Positions 8,310 to 18,343 of a stretch of DNA of 60,359 nucleotides are shown here, piece by piece (the stretch's first letter is position 1; each line of letters starts with the position of its first letter). Origin of the DNA: a virus; IMG/VR virus record IMGVR_UViG_3300037509_000016, positions 1 to 60,359 of that record. One strand, given 5' to 3'. The notes below the pieces were generated by a model that was not told the origin of the DNA, made no database searches, and worked only from the letters and a program-made list of their open reading frames with translations. The position numbers and the translations under genes are program-made.

Positions 8310-9544
8310 CCTCGATCGCAAACCTGAACCTGACCGACACGACGGGTATCCCGTCAAACATCGGGGTCACCGGCGTGACCTTCGGCGTCACGCGCGAGTC
8401 TGACGGCTCGGTGATCCTGCCGCCAAGTGCCGTGGCTGAGATCTCGACCGGCCACTGGCGGTACGACTACACCAGCCTGGGGCTCGATCCGAGCATCGCC
8501 TACCTGCTGACGTGGGTGATCGAGGGGCTCGGGCAGACGGTGGTCCGTCGGGTAGGTGGCGAGGCCCGTCAGACGTTGCTGGCCTACGTCATGGATATCA
8601 TCCGCACCGGTCGGCTCGGCAAGTGGGGACGCTACACCGTCTCGACCACGCCGGTGCTGCCTGACCCGATTCCGCCATCCTACTACCGTGAACTGCAGAG
8701 CAACGCGCTGATCGACTTCGACTCTCGAGCGAATGCCACTGCCTGGGACGCGGCCCACGCCTGCCTGGTGACCGGTGCCCAGAAGGGCCAGGAGCGGCGC
8801 ATCATCACGCGCGGCTACAGCCCGTCGGAGGGAAAGCTGACCGTCGCCGGTCCGTACGGCGGGGTGCAGGGGCTCGGCGTCGAGTTCCTGCTCACGTCCA
8901 AGATCAGCGTCATGGGTGGGGACGGCGAGCCAGGGCTGCGCGACTTCATCAACCGCGCCCTCGAGGTCTGCCTCGTTCCTGATCGGGTCACACTGCAGGC
9001 GACGGCTGGCTACCGCTCCTACGATGTGACGACCGACCTGGTCGATCTGAGCCGCCCGGACCTCCGCTTCGGCAACATCTACAACCCCGCCGTCTCCATC
9101 GGGGAGCCTCAGGTCTGGTCGGGCATCCTGCCGACGCTGGTGCAGGACGCCCACGTCCGGCGGCTGGAGCTTGATTCTGCCTTCTCGAGCCCGACGGTCG
9201 AGGTTGGGATCCTGCGCCCCGCCTCGACGTGGATCTACGCGGGTGGGGCGTGGGGATCCTCGAGCGCGGGTCTGGTCTCGCTCGACGACCGTGCCCTGAT
9301 CGAGCCGATCATCGTCCGAGAACTCGCCCTGCAGTACATCTACGACTACTTCCTCGAGCACGCCGACCCGTCCGAGCGCCAGGAGATGCAGCGGAAGTAC
9401 GATCAGCAGTCTACCCGCGCGGGTCTGGTCAAGTTCCTCCGCGAGCAACGGGAGAACCGCCGCGAATACCGCGAGTCTTCGACCGTGGTCCGTGGCGGGC
9501 GCTGGTACGAGAGCGGTGGCGGCGGACGCGGGTGGGGGTGGTAG
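8306..9544 (+). CDS. Hypothetical tail-module protein
   Basis: ATGA overlap with the upstream gene. 412 aa. Lies between the fibre-like gene and the large tail protein. Confidence 0.6.
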   Translation: MTSIANLNLTDTTGIPSNIGVTGVTFGVTRESDGSVILPPSAVAEISTGHWRYDYTSLGLDPSIAYLLTWVIEGLGQTVVRRVGGEARQTLLAYVMDIIRTGRLGKWGRYTVSTTPVLPDPIPPSYYRELQSNALIDFDSRANATAWDAAHACLVTGAQKGQERRIITRGYSPSEGKLTVAGPYGGVQGLGVEFLLTSKISVMGGDGEPGLRDFINRALEVCLVPDRVTLQATAGYRSYDVTTDLVDLSRPDLRFGNIYNPAVSIGEPQVWSGILPTLVQDAHVRRLELDSAFSSPTVEVGILRPASTWIYAGGAWGSSSAGLVSLDDRALIEPIIVRELALQYIYDYFLEHADPSERQEMQRKYDQQSTRAGLVKFLREQRENRREYRESSTVVRGGRWYESGGGGRGWGW

Positions 9545-12500
9545 ATGTACGCACCGGGCGCGTATGACATTGAATTCCCCTCGCTGAATCTCGGCTTTAT
9601 GCTGTTCGACGAGGGCGACGATCCTGGCCTCGAGGGTGGCTGGAGCCCATCGGAGCTTGGTGAGGACGAGGCACCCATTCGCGACGTGCCGATGCAGATC
9701 GCCACCTACGACGGCGGGATGGGCGTGACGCAGCCAGCCGACGCGGTGCCCGGCGGCTACGCCTTCGGTCGAAGCGTCTGCACCCGATTCGGGGTGGCGA
9801 TGCCCGCCGGCGGTGTGACCGAAGTCCTGATGAACCTCGGGCTCGGAGTGACCGACCTCGACGTTGGCAATCCAGGATCGGGCTACCTCACCCCGCCGCT
9901 GGTAATCGTGAGCGGCGGCGGTGGGCAGGCCGCGCATATCACGGCTCAGACCCTTGGCGGCAAGGTGGTCTGGATCCAGCTGGCCTCGAACGGAAGCGGC
10001 TACACGACCGACCCGCTGGTTTGGATTGGCGCTCCTGATCAGCCTGGTGGCGTTCAGGCGACCGCCATCGCCGTCCGCTCGGCCAACACCGTGGTCGGCA
10101 TCACCGTGGTCAACCAGGGTTCTGGCTACTCGACCCCGCCGACCGTCGCGCTGGTTGGCGGACGACCGAGCGGCGCGGTGCTGAGTCCAATTGTCAACGT
10201 CCCTGCTGGCAACATCGTCTGGGTTGGTGTCGCGAACGGTGGTAGCGGCTACGTCTCGGGTCAGGTGACCGTCACCGCCTATGGCGCGGGAACCGGCTTT
10301 GTGCCTGGAGCCATCACCGTTGTCAACGGTGTGATCACGGCGGTAGCGATCACCGCCACCGGCGCGGGCTACTTCCAGGGCACCACCAGCCTGGTGGTCA
10401 CCTCGACCACGCCGCAGACGGTGGCCGCGATTGACTCGGTCTCCCTGGGCGGCTCACCGATTACCGGCTTCACCATTGTGCGCGGTGGCTACGGGTACTC
10501 CAGCGTCCCGACGGTGACCGTGTCTCCGCCGCCGTCGGGTGTGACTGCCACCGCCGTCAACGTCGAGATCGGGACGGTTGGACCCGCGCCCTGCTATGCC
10601 GCGGCGGAGTTCGAGGGTGACCTGTACTTTTTCTTCGGGCGGCACGCCTACGTTATCGAAGGCGGCGATGCGCCGGGTCCAATCACCACGCCCAATCACG
10701 ACTTCGGCCCAGGCGTCACCGTGCGCTCTGCCGTGACCCATATGGGGAACCTGTACGTCGGGACCGAAGGTGGTGCAGGGGTGCCTGGGGCTACCCTCTG
10801 GTGTCGGAAGAGCATCGCCAACGGGGGCAACTGGACCCAGATTGACCCCTCGACCGGCAAGCCGACCTGGGCGCGGGTGAGCCACCTCAAGAGCGTCTAT
10901 CTGGTGGATGGCAACAACGTCGGATCACAGCGCCTGGTGGGCGTGCGCTCGAGCGGGGCGAGGGCGGGGCGAGCCATCATCTTTACGTCGGGTGGTGGGG
11001 CCGATCCGCTGGTGGGCGGGGACGATGACGACTTCACGCTCGGCCAGGGGGTCTGGTCGGCGGAGTACCCGATTGGCGACTCGACGACGCCCGTCAACTC
11101 GCTGGCTGCGACCGGCCAGCACGTCTACCCGATCAAGACCGACGGGATCCACGACCTGGACGGAAGGGGCCGAGCCCCGAATTTCACGGAGTACTGGAAA
11201 GAGCAACTGAACGAGGCCAACGGGCAAGCCTCATTGGTGCATAACGGGTTCCTCTACGCCAGCCACGCCCAGGGGCTCGACCGATACCCGATCCAGCAGA
11301 CTGGTCGGGCGCAGCAACGGGTTGGCTTTTGTGGCCCAGGCACCGGCCTCAGCAATGAGACCCCGATTCGCGGGCCGGCCACGGCCCTGACCACTGAGTC
11401 GGGCTGGCTGGTCGGGGCGTTCTACGCTGGCCCGCGCGAGGGATCGTACGTGATGTACGGGCGCGACCGTGGCGAGCTCGGACGCGAAGAGGGGCGCGGC
11501 CCGATGGTGTGGCACGGATCAGAGATGGAGACGCCAGGGGAGAGAATCACCCTGATGCGCCCCGCCCAACTCGAGGCGCTCACGCCACGTCTCTGGGTGG
11601 CCTCCGTGGTGACGGACCCCGCATCCGACCGATTCGGCCAGGCGCGGCTGCGCTGGATGCACGTAGCTCAGGCAAGCTCCCCGATTCAGGAGTTGCTCCA
11701 GCACCTCCATCCGACGACAGGTGCCTACATCGGGGCGATGCGTTGGGCCTCAACCTGGGAGATCACCCATACCTCGTTCGACTGGGGATCCCAGGTGCCG
11801 AAGAAGGTGATCCTGCGGACCGATATCCGTGCGGACCGTTTGAACTCGGACCCGCAGAACATCGTGGCCCTGCGCGTCTTCGGGCGCGGCGAGGATGGTG
11901 CCTGGATCCAGCAGGGATCGGGACCGGACCTGCAGGCCCAGATTCAGGATCCCAAGGCCGTCACCAGTCCGCGCTCGAGCCTGCTGCCAACCTCGCCGCT
12001 GGTGGCGGGGCACTCGGTCCAGATGAAGGTGGTTGGAAGCTCACCCGACTCGATCATCGGAATGGGCGCGGGAGCGACGGCTGTTGCCACACTCGACGGC
12101 TCGGGCGGGGTGGGGGCCATTGAGGTGGTGCAGGGCGGCGGCAACTACGACACCCTGCCGACAGTTGTCCTGACCGGTGGTAACGGAACGGGTGCCGCGG
12201 CCCACGCCGTGGTCAGTAACGGCGTAGTCGTCGGGGTGGTGGTGGATCAGCCAGGGATCGAGTACGACACCCCGCCGACGGTGTCGTTTCGGGGCTCGGG
12301 TGTGACCAACGAGCCCGCCATCCTGCGCGAGTTCAGGACAAGGGCCGAGATCATTCAGGAGGCCCGAGACAATCGGACCTACCGCATCAGGATCGGGCCG
12401 CGCGTCTTCCTCAAGAACGGCTCGCCGGACCCGCGCGAGCCACAGCAGATCCTGGACGAGTTGTTCGCCCTGCAGTCTGCCGAGCCGCAGTGGATGATCG

Positions 12501-12760
12501 ACAACCAGCTGGCCTACCGCCAGTCGTCTCGGAAATGGGTCAGGGTCAACCCCGGCATCACGTACAAGCCGGTCAAGTGGAAGAGAGAGGGGGAAAACCG
12601 CCATGAGATCACGCTGGTGGCGACCATCAGTATCTCGGTGATCCCCTCGACGGCTGAGGAGATCTCGCTCGGCTACGCCGCCAGCGAACGCTCGAGGGCG
12701 CGGCTCGGGTTCCGTTGGAACAGCGGGGTCAAGTGGAATTCAGGAAGGCAGTGGGGGTAG
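9545..12760 (+). CDS. Large tail structural protein (nozzle/baseplate-like) with GxGY...P.V...GGxG repeats
   Basis: 1071 aa. At least six GSGY(x)3P(x)V repeat units at aa 105-335 and two more near aa 845-900. The central region could be a beta-propeller. Confidence 0.6.
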   Translation: MYAPGAYDIEFPSLNLGFMLFDEGDDPGLEGGWSPSELGEDEAPIRDVPMQIATYDGGMGVTQPADAVPGGYAFGRSVCTRFGVAMPAGGVTEVLMNLGLGVTDLDVGNPGSGYLTPPLVIVSGGGGQAAHITAQTLGGKVVWIQLASNGSGYTTDPLVWIGAPDQPGGVQATAIAVRSANTVVGITVVNQGSGYSTPPTVALVGGRPSGAVLSPIVNVPAGNIVWVGVANGGSGYVSGQVTVTAYGAGTGFVPGAITVVNGVITAVAITATGAGYFQGTTSLVVTSTTPQTVAAIDSVSLGGSPITGFTIVRGGYGYSSVPTVTVSPPPSGVTATAVNVEIGTVGPAPCYAAAEFEGDLYFFFGRHAYVIEGGDAPGPITTPNHDFGPGVTVRSAVTHMGNLYVGTEGGAGVPGATLWCRKSIANGGNWTQIDPSTGKPTWARVSHLKSVYLVDGNNVGSQRLVGVRSSGARAGRAIIFTSGGGADPLVGGDDDDFTLGQGVWSAEYPIGDSTTPVNSLAATGQHVYPIKTDGIHDLDGRGRAPNFTEYWKEQLNEANGQASLVHNGFLYASHAQGLDRYPIQQTGRAQQRVGFCGPGTGLSNETPIRGPATALTTESGWLVGAFYAGPREGSYVMYGRDRGELGREEGRGPMVWHGSEMETPGERITLMRPAQLEALTPRLWVASVVTDPASDRFGQARLRWMHVAQASSPIQELLQHLHPTTGAYIGAMRWASTWEITHTSFDWGSQVPKKVILRTDIRADRLNSDPQNIVALRVFGRGEDGAWIQQGSGPDLQAQIQDPKAVTSPRSSLLPTSPLVAGHSVQMKVVGSSPDSIIGMGAGATAVATLDGSGGVGAIEVVQGGGNYDTLPTVVLTGGNGTGAAAHAVVSNGVVVGVVVDQPGIEYDTPPTVSFRGSGVTNEPAILREFRTRAEIIQEARDNRTYRIRIGPRVFLKNGSPDPREPQQILDELFALQSAEPQWMIDNQLAYRQSSRKWVRVNPGITYKPVKWKREGENRHEITLVATISISVIPSTAEEISLGYAASERSRARLGFRWNSGVKWNSGRQWG

Positions 12761-12763
12761 GCG

Positions 12764-13525
12764 ATGCCTGACGGCGATCTGCCGGATCTGCCGGTTCAGC
12801 TTCCCGAGAGCACGGAAGAGAACCGTGGGCTCGACCAGTTGATCGAGGCCATTCGGGGCAACGCGAATCAGCACTGGAACCTCAAGGCCGACGAGGCTGA
12901 CCGGTTCGTGGTGACGATTCGTCATAGGACCGCGCCAGGTCGGCACCTCCAGATCCGACATTCCCAGACCGATGCGGTGCTGTTCGAGGTCACCGACGCG
13001 GGCGTGACCAAGGGCGTCGATCAGGGCGTCGAGCCGTCTGGGACGATCAAGGCGTACGACGGGGATCCTGCCAACGTCCCGCCAGGCTGGACGATTGCCT
13101 ATCAGGGCTACTTCCTGCTCGGGGCAAGCTCCGCCCCAACCGGGACGGGCTCGAGCTTCCGTGTCGGCACTGTCGGAGGGGCGGCAGGTTTCCCCCACGT
13201 TCACTACCACGAACACCGCCACAACTTCGGCTGGCGACACAGCCACGGCGGATCGACCGGTGGCAATCAGTCATCCTCCGCCGGCGTCCCGACCGGCTCG
13301 AGTCACAATGTGGCAGACAATGTTGACCACGACCATACGATCTATGAGAGCGGCTACGACACCTCCGAGACGGGCGGCGCGGTCAACACAACCGTCGATC
13401 AGAACCCCAACCGCTATACCCTTGGTGTCTCGGCGGTGACTTCGGCTGGCGTGACTCCAACCCCGCTCCCGGCGCTGTCGGGCCTGCCGCCCTTTGTAGC
13501 TGTCTGGTGGATACGAAAGGATTGA
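12764..13525 (+). CDS. Tail fibre protein with a phage tail-collar-like domain
   Basis: GWTIAYQGYFLLGASS...GTVGG...H.H.H...LPPFVAVWWIRK resembles the tail-collar / MdpB-type domain. Confidence 0.6.
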   Translation: MPDGDLPDLPVQLPESTEENRGLDQLIEAIRGNANQHWNLKADEADRFVVTIRHRTAPGRHLQIRHSQTDAVLFEVTDAGVTKGVDQGVEPSGTIKAYDGDPANVPPGWTIAYQGYFLLGASSAPTGTGSSFRVGTVGGAAGFPHVHYHEHRHNFGWRHSHGGSTGGNQSSSAGVPTGSSHNVADNVDHDHTIYESGYDTSETGGAVNTTVDQNPNRYTLGVSAVTSAGVTPTPLPALSGLPPFVAVWWIRKD

Positions 13526-13527
13526 CC

Positions 13528-13887
13528 ATGTTCTGGAACGAGCGACGACACAACGAGATCACCGAGCTACAGCGCGAGAGCAACCGCCTGCTCGAGCATT
13601 TGGCGACCCTGCACGCTCGAGACGAGCACCGTTACGGGCCGGTCCTCGAGCGGACGGAGCGCCACCAGATCGAACAGGGCAAGGCTACCCTGGAATTGCT
13701 GCAGGCGCTGCGGACGAACACCGACCAGCAGGCTGATGCGCTCGGGGCGATGGTGACCATCGTTCGCCAGCTTCAGGGACGACTGAACCGACTCGACGCC
13801 TATCTGGCGAAGCAGGTACCAGGCTACTACGACCCCGCTACCGACTACCGCCCCACCCCAGAGGAGGTATCACCCAATGGCACTTAG
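13528..13887 (+). CDS. Coiled-coil protein, possibly a fibre assembly factor
   Basis: ATG 13528 after GAAAGGA. Heptad-like helical sequence. Lies between two fibre genes. Confidence 0.45.
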   Translation: MFWNERRHNEITELQRESNRLLEHLATLHARDEHRYGPVLERTERHQIEQGKATLELLQALRTNTDQQADALGAMVTIVRQLQGRLNRLDAYLAKQVPGYYDPATDYRPTPEEVSPNGT

Positions 13888-14947
13888 AGACATTATCCCT
13901 GGCGCGGATGCGCTGGCCGACGACATTCAGCAACTGATCGACGATGCCAAGGGGAACGGCGGGCAGCCCAAGTCCTATGTGGGGCTGAACGATCCCGACA
14001 ACTATGTGATCGTCCTCAAGAACCTCGACGCCGAAGGATCCAAGGCGCTGCTGGTTCTGTCGGCCATCGGGAACGCGGTCCTGCTTCAGGTCAACCGCGA
14101 GGGCGTGCGCGTCAACCCAACCGGCATCGGCGGGGCGGACGGGGTGCCCGTCACCACCGATGCGGTGCAGACGCTGAGCAATAAGACCTTCTCGGGTCTC
14201 GCCCAGTTCAACCGTGTCAAAGGGATGGTCGGGAGTGACATTGCCTCGACGGGGACCATCACGGTGCTCGGGCTGGCCGTTATGGGCAACATCCACACGA
14301 TTACCGGCACCGCCTTGATTACCTCCATCGTGGCGACTGCCGACCTGGCCGGACAGGAGATTACCTTCCGATTCGCCTCGTTCGGCTGCCGAGTCGCCAA
14401 CGGCGGGAACCTGCGCCTGCGCGGTGGCGACTACCTGAGCGTCATCGACGGGACGCTGACGCTGTACTGTGACGGCACCAACTGGATCGAGAAGAATCGG
14501 ACCCCTGGGCCGGGCAACATCGGGTTTACCGGTTTCCGAACGACCCCGGTAGGCGTGTCCCACACCGTCGCCAAGGTGCTGTTTCTCCAGTCCTTCGAGA
14601 ACGTCATTGGGATGACGACCCCGCCTGCCGATGACGAGTTCTACCTACCGTTGGTTGGGCGCTGGCGGATCTTCGGCAAGATCACCTGGGCACCCGAGAA
14701 CGCGCAACGCTGGCTCCGCGCCTGGATCACCGTCAACGGGGTCGAGCAAGCGTACCTGCACTCGATGCGGTTCCCGCAGAACGCCGACCACGAAACCACG
14801 ATCCCCTTCGACACGGAGATCGTTATTACCAACCCCGCCCACAAGGTGGAGCTCTGGCTGTATATCTCGAACGAGAACGGGACCGCGATCAATGTTCAGG
14901 GCGGGCGGACCTTTACATCGGTGACCTTTCGCTACATGGGAGCCTAG
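13877..14947 (+). CDS. Tail fibre / receptor-binding protein with a jelly-roll (C1q/TNF-like) C-terminal domain
   Basis: The N-terminus is typical of phage fibres (ADDIQQLIDDAKGNGG). The C-terminal 130 aa is beta-rich and ends ...TFTSVTFRYMGA. Confidence 0.5.
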   Translation: MALRDIIPGADALADDIQQLIDDAKGNGGQPKSYVGLNDPDNYVIVLKNLDAEGSKALLVLSAIGNAVLLQVNREGVRVNPTGIGGADGVPVTTDAVQTLSNKTFSGLAQFNRVKGMVGSDIASTGTITVLGLAVMGNIHTITGTALITSIVATADLAGQEITFRFASFGCRVANGGNLRLRGGDYLSVIDGTLTLYCDGTNWIEKNRTPGPGNIGFTGFRTTPVGVSHTVAKVLFLQSFENVIGMTTPPADDEFYLPLVGRWRIFGKITWAPENAQRWLRAWITVNGVEQAYLHSMRFPQNADHETTIPFDTEIVITNPAHKVELWLYISNENGTAINVQGGRTFTSVTFRYMGA

Positions 14948-14973
14948 CCACCTCGCACGCGAGGGGGAGGACA

Positions 14974-15546
14974 ATGCAGGGATCGCCAGAGCCTACGGTT
15001 GTCAATCAGTACCTGATTATGCTGTTTGCACTCGTCTCGCCCATCGCCACGTTCATCGCGGTCGAGTGGCGGGCTGAGCGCAAGCATAAGTGGGAAGCTG
15101 ATGCCTTGAAAGCAGAGCGGGAGGCTGTGGCGGAGAAGCTGCGCCTACAACTGGAGTCCGAGCGACTCGAGCGGGCAGCGGTCGCGGAAGTGATCAAGGC
15201 CCAACTCGAAGCGGAGGCGAAGCGACTGCGCCTCACGGTCTCTGATGAGATTCAGAACGTGTCGAAGAAAAACGACCAGCTTCAGAAGGCGGTGCAGGAG
15301 AACACCGAGCTAACCAAGAGCGGTGCCGTGGCTGCCGACAGGGCGTACACCGAAGCCAACCACCTCAACGCGAAGCTCGAGGCTCAGGCCGCGTTGGCGA
15401 AACAGGCGGCGGATGCGCTCAGGGAGGTACAGGCGCGATTCGACCAGTTGCTGAAGGATCGGACGGCAACCGCCTCCTCTCAGATTGACTCGATCCAGAC
15501 GGTCACCACCGACACGAATGAGCGGGTCAGAGGAATGGAGTCGTAA
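14974..15546 (+). CDS. Membrane-anchored coiled-coil protein, associated with the lysis cassette
   Basis: N-terminal TM segment (YLIMLFALVSPIATFIAV), followed by a long K/E/A-rich helix. Confidence 0.45.
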   Translation: MQGSPEPTVVNQYLIMLFALVSPIATFIAVEWRAERKHKWEADALKAEREAVAEKLRLQLESERLERAAVAEVIKAQLEAEAKRLRLTVSDEIQNVSKKNDQLQKAVQENTELTKSGAVAADRAYTEANHLNAKLEAQAALAKQAADALREVQARFDQLLKDRTATASSQIDSIQTVTTDTNERVRGMES

Positions 15547-15810
15547 GTGGCGGGCCGACGAAACGACCGCGAAAAGCTCTACGAGCAGATTGTCACGTCA
15601 GCCCAGGAAGGGCTAGCGAGATACTACATGGAGTTCCCAGAGAGAATCGGGGACGCTCGAGCGAGGGAGGCGCTCGACTGGTCCCTGCGCGGGGTCTCGA
15701 GAATCCTGCGTTTACTGGACGAGTACGACCTCGTCCATCGACCACCCGCTGATCCGGAGCAGAAACCACCCGAAGGAGCACCTGATGCGCAACGATCCAC
15801 CACCGTCTGA
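15547..15810 (+). CDS. Hypothetical protein
   Basis: GTG start directly after the upstream TAA. 87 aa. Confidence 0.4.
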   Translation: MAGRRNDREKLYEQIVTSAQEGLARYYMEFPERIGDARAREALDWSLRGVSRILRLLDEYDLVHRPPADPEQKPPEGAPDAQRSTTV

Positions 15811-16120
15811 TCCGCCGCACGACCCGACCCCAACCCCACCGTCGAAGTGGGTTGAGAACCGCTTCACTCGCGTCGGGATTCGTACCGTTCGGACCTGGCT
15901 GCAAGTCTTCGTGGCGCTGCTGCTGGCCTCTGGATTCGGGGCCATCGGGGTGCAGGGAGCAGCTGGTGCCATCGGCTCGGCAGCCCCCTCGCCGCCCACG
16001 GTCCTCGAGATTGTCAGAGTCTGTGCCTACACCGCGCTGTTCCCCGCCCTGATTGGGTTCCTCCAGAACCTGCTCGAGGAGTTGAACCGCCTGGATCCTG
16101 GCACGTCCCTGCGAGGCTAA
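15785..16120 (+). CDS. Putative holin
   Basis: Two hydrophobic segments (WLQVFVALLLASGFGAIGV and VCAYTALFPALIGFL). Lies immediately upstream of the muralytic genes. Confidence 0.5.
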   Translation: MRNDPPPSDPPHDPTPTPPSKWVENRFTRVGIRTVRTWLQVFVALLLASGFGAIGVQGAAGAIGSAAPSPPTVLEIVRVCAYTALFPALIGFLQNLLEELNRLDPGTSLRG

Positions 16121-16121
16121 C

Positions 16122-17147
16122 GTGAAGCTCTCGGTCAACATCGCGCCTGACGGGCGCAACAAGGACGAGCTAACCGGCCTGCGTTTCGCGCGTGTTCGTG
16201 CTCCCCTCTGGCACGAACACGCCGACGCGATTCGTTCCTGCTTCGCCAACGCTCGAGCCCACGGTATCGGGACGCTGGCCGTTCTCGATCGTACGTCGAT
16301 TGGAGCAGACCCCGCTGACTGGCCGCACCAGATCCAGTGGTGGCGAGACCATATGGGCGGAACGGTCGAGCGTTGGCAGGCGGGCAACGAGATGGACAAC
16401 GCCCACGGTCTGAGTAGCTCGACGATGAGCCCGCGCAACTTCCGAACGCTGCTACGGATGGCGCGGCGCGGGCTCGGCTCGGATGCCTACATCGTGGCGG
16501 GCGGGCTGGTGACCGGCCAGCCGTCCTGGATCGAGCCGATTGTGGCCGCGTGTGCCGCGGAGGTCAACGCCTTCGCCTACCACCCGTACGGGCAGGGAAC
16601 GCCGTCCTACGGCAGTCCCTACGGTGAGATGTTCGGCGGCTTGCACCACCTCCACCACGCCTACCGCCAGGTGATCCCCGCAGACAAGCCGATCCAATTG
16701 ACCGAGTGGGGAGCGGACGCCTTCGACCTGGGCGAGGAGAAGCAGAACGAGTACGTCGATCAGATGATGCAGTACCTGCGCGGACTGGGTGACCCAGAGG
16801 AGGTGTACTACTTTGCCCTGCACGGCGACGTGGCCGGATTCGGGATGGTGCGTCAGGACGGCAGCAGGCGCGGGATCTACGCCGCGCTTGACGGCTTTGC
16901 CAGGATGATGAACAACGAGCGCCGACCAACGCCGCCACCACCCCTGCCACCAGCGCCGCCGAGCCGGCGCCAGATCACCGCTGGCCCGAATGGCGAGTGG
17001 ATCGGCAGTGGTTTACTTGACACGATCAACCGCGCCGGTTTGCGCCCGTCCAGCGGCGAACAGCAGTTCCCAGGCGTGGCGACCGACGCGGGGATGCTGA
17101 TCTGGACCCCAGGCGGACCCAAACTCATCCGATGGGAGGGAGTCTGA
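16122..17147 (+). CDS. TIM-barrel glycoside hydrolase-like protein; candidate endolysin or depolymerase
   Basis: WQAGNEMDN and IQLTEWGAD resemble clan GH-A acid/base and nucleophile motifs. Pro-rich linker plus a C-terminal domain. Confidence 0.5.
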   Translation: MKLSVNIAPDGRNKDELTGLRFARVRAPLWHEHADAIRSCFANARAHGIGTLAVLDRTSIGADPADWPHQIQWWRDHMGGTVERWQAGNEMDNAHGLSSSTMSPRNFRTLLRMARRGLGSDAYIVAGGLVTGQPSWIEPIVAACAAEVNAFAYHPYGQGTPSYGSPYGEMFGGLHHLHHAYRQVIPADKPIQLTEWGADAFDLGEEKQNEYVDQMMQYLRGLGDPEEVYYFALHGDVAGFGMVRQDGSRRGIYAALDGFARMMNNERRPTPPPPLPPAPPSRRQITAGPNGEWIGSGLLDTINRAGLRPSSGEQQFPGVATDAGMLIWTPGGPKLIRWEGV

Positions 17148-17380
17148 TGCTACCCGAGAATGTGCTGTTGGCGATCTGGCAGGCCCACGTCCCAACGGCC
17201 AGCTTTCATCCCACCTGGGGGATCGAGAAAGCGTGGTCAGAAGACCCGTACCGTTTCGGTCCCGCGCTGACGGAGTCCGAGCTCGTCGGCAAGGACAAGC
17301 TGCACTATCGGCCCTTCGCCCACGCCTGCATCAAGTGGGATCCGGCCAAGGGCGCGATCATCATCGGGCCGAAGCAATGA
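17147..17380 (+). CDS. Hypothetical protein in the lysis cassette
   Basis: TGATG overlap start. 77 aa. Confidence 0.45.
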   Translation: MLPENVLLAIWQAHVPTASFHPTWGIEKAWSEDPYRFGPALTESELVGKDKLHYRPFAHACIKWDPAKGAIIIGPKQ

Positions 17381-17964
17381 GCGTCCTCGCCCTGCTCCGA
17401 CACCCGCCCCCGCCGAAGGCCATCACCATCCTGCCGCCAACCGACCTGTCGCTGTCGGTGATCTGGCGGGGTGCCTGCTGGTTCACCAGGGGGCGCTACC
17501 GACCGGTCCGCGTCATCGTGATCCATACTGTGGTCGGCTCGATGGCGGGAATGGCGTCCCACTTCAACAACGAGTTTTCCCCGCCTGAGGCCCAGGCCAG
17601 CGCCCACTACGGCGTCGGTCTCGACGGGCGGCTCGAGCAGTACGTGCTCGAGAGCGATACCGCCTGGGCCAACGGTCGAGTCGAGGCGGGCAATACCTGG
17701 CCGTTCAGCCCGGATCCGAACGCTGAAACGATCTCGATAGAGACCGAAGATCTTGGACGGCCCGACACCCAACCGGTGACCGAAGCGCAGATGGCAGCGA
17801 CCTACGCGCTGTGTCGCTCGATCATGAGCCGCCACCCGATTGAGGCGATCTGCGGTCACTACGTGATTAGCCCGCGCTCGCGGTCCTGTCCAGCTGCTCG
17901 CTGGCGGTCAACGGGCAAGCTGGAGGCGCTGGCGACGGCGCTCGGACTGCGTTGGGTGCGTTAG
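17377..17964 (+). CDS. N-acetylmuramoyl-L-alanine amidase (Amidase_2/PGRP-type endolysin)
   Basis: VIVIHTVVGS...SAHYGVGLDGRLEQYV..DTAWANG...NAETISIETED. ATGA overlap start at 17377. Confidence 0.85.
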   Translation: MSVLALLRHPPPPKAITILPPTDLSLSVIWRGACWFTRGRYRPVRVIVIHTVVGSMAGMASHFNNEFSPPEAQASAHYGVGLDGRLEQYVLESDTAWANGRVEAGNTWPFSPDPNAETISIETEDLGRPDTQPVTEAQMAATYALCRSIMSRHPIEAICGHYVISPRSRSCPAARWRSTGKLEALATALGLRWVR

Positions 17965-17969
17965 GGCCG

Positions 17970-17978
17970 TGCTAGACT
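17970..17978 (+). promoter_or_regulatory. Candidate extended -10 promoter element, TGCTAGACT, for the early operon
   Basis: Same gTGCTAnnnT motif as at 1520 and 20133. Lies at the late/early module boundary. Confidence 0.25.
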
Positions 17979-18041
17979 AAGGGTACGGAGACCCCCTCCG
18001 TGCTCTCCTTCGGCCAGTCGAGATCAGTCCTCGGCTGGTCC

Positions 18042-18068
18042 GAGCCCCCATCGGACGGGTGGGGGCTC
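18042..18068 (+). terminator. 9-bp GC-rich hairpin at the module boundary, with no T-tract
   Basis: gagccccca (18042-18050) pairs with tgggggctc (18060-18068). Confidence 0.35.
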
Positions 18069-18106
18069 TCCTTACCCGAACGAATTACCCGGAGGTAAAC
18101 AATGCG

Positions 18107-18343
18107 ATGAGCGACCCGGTCTATCCGTTCGGGGAACGGGTTGCGGCCCAACGCCTGCGCGATGGGCTCCGACGGATTCAGGCCCAACGGGGCTGGTCGG
18201 GCCGCGAGATGGCGCGGGCGCTCGGGGTGAGCGAGCCGACCTACTCGCGGATCTACAACGGCGGGCGACTGCCGGATATGGGCAGCTTTTCGACTCGCTG
18301 CCTGCTGCTGTTTCCAGAATTGGCTCGGGAGGTGAAGCCCTGA
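18107..18343 (+). CDS. XRE-family helix-turn-helix transcriptional regulator
   Basis: QRGWSGREMARALGVSEPTYSRIYNGG is an HTH motif. ATG is 11 nt after GGAGG. Confidence 0.7.
   Translation: MSDPVYPFGERVAAQRLRDGLRRIQAQRGWSGREMARALGVSEPTYSRIYNGGRLPDMGSFSTRCLLLFPELAREVKP

Noticed and set aside
8354-9937. Very long minus-strand ORFs: 8354..9937, 27161..28846, 38013..39533, 42043..44334, 50885..52843, 54302..55894, and many shorter ones.
   Set aside because: They lie antisense to well-supported + strand genes. Their translations are Arg/Gly/Pro/Ala-rich, they lack SD-start contexts, and they overlap one another. These are typical stop-poor shadow frames in GC-rich DNA.
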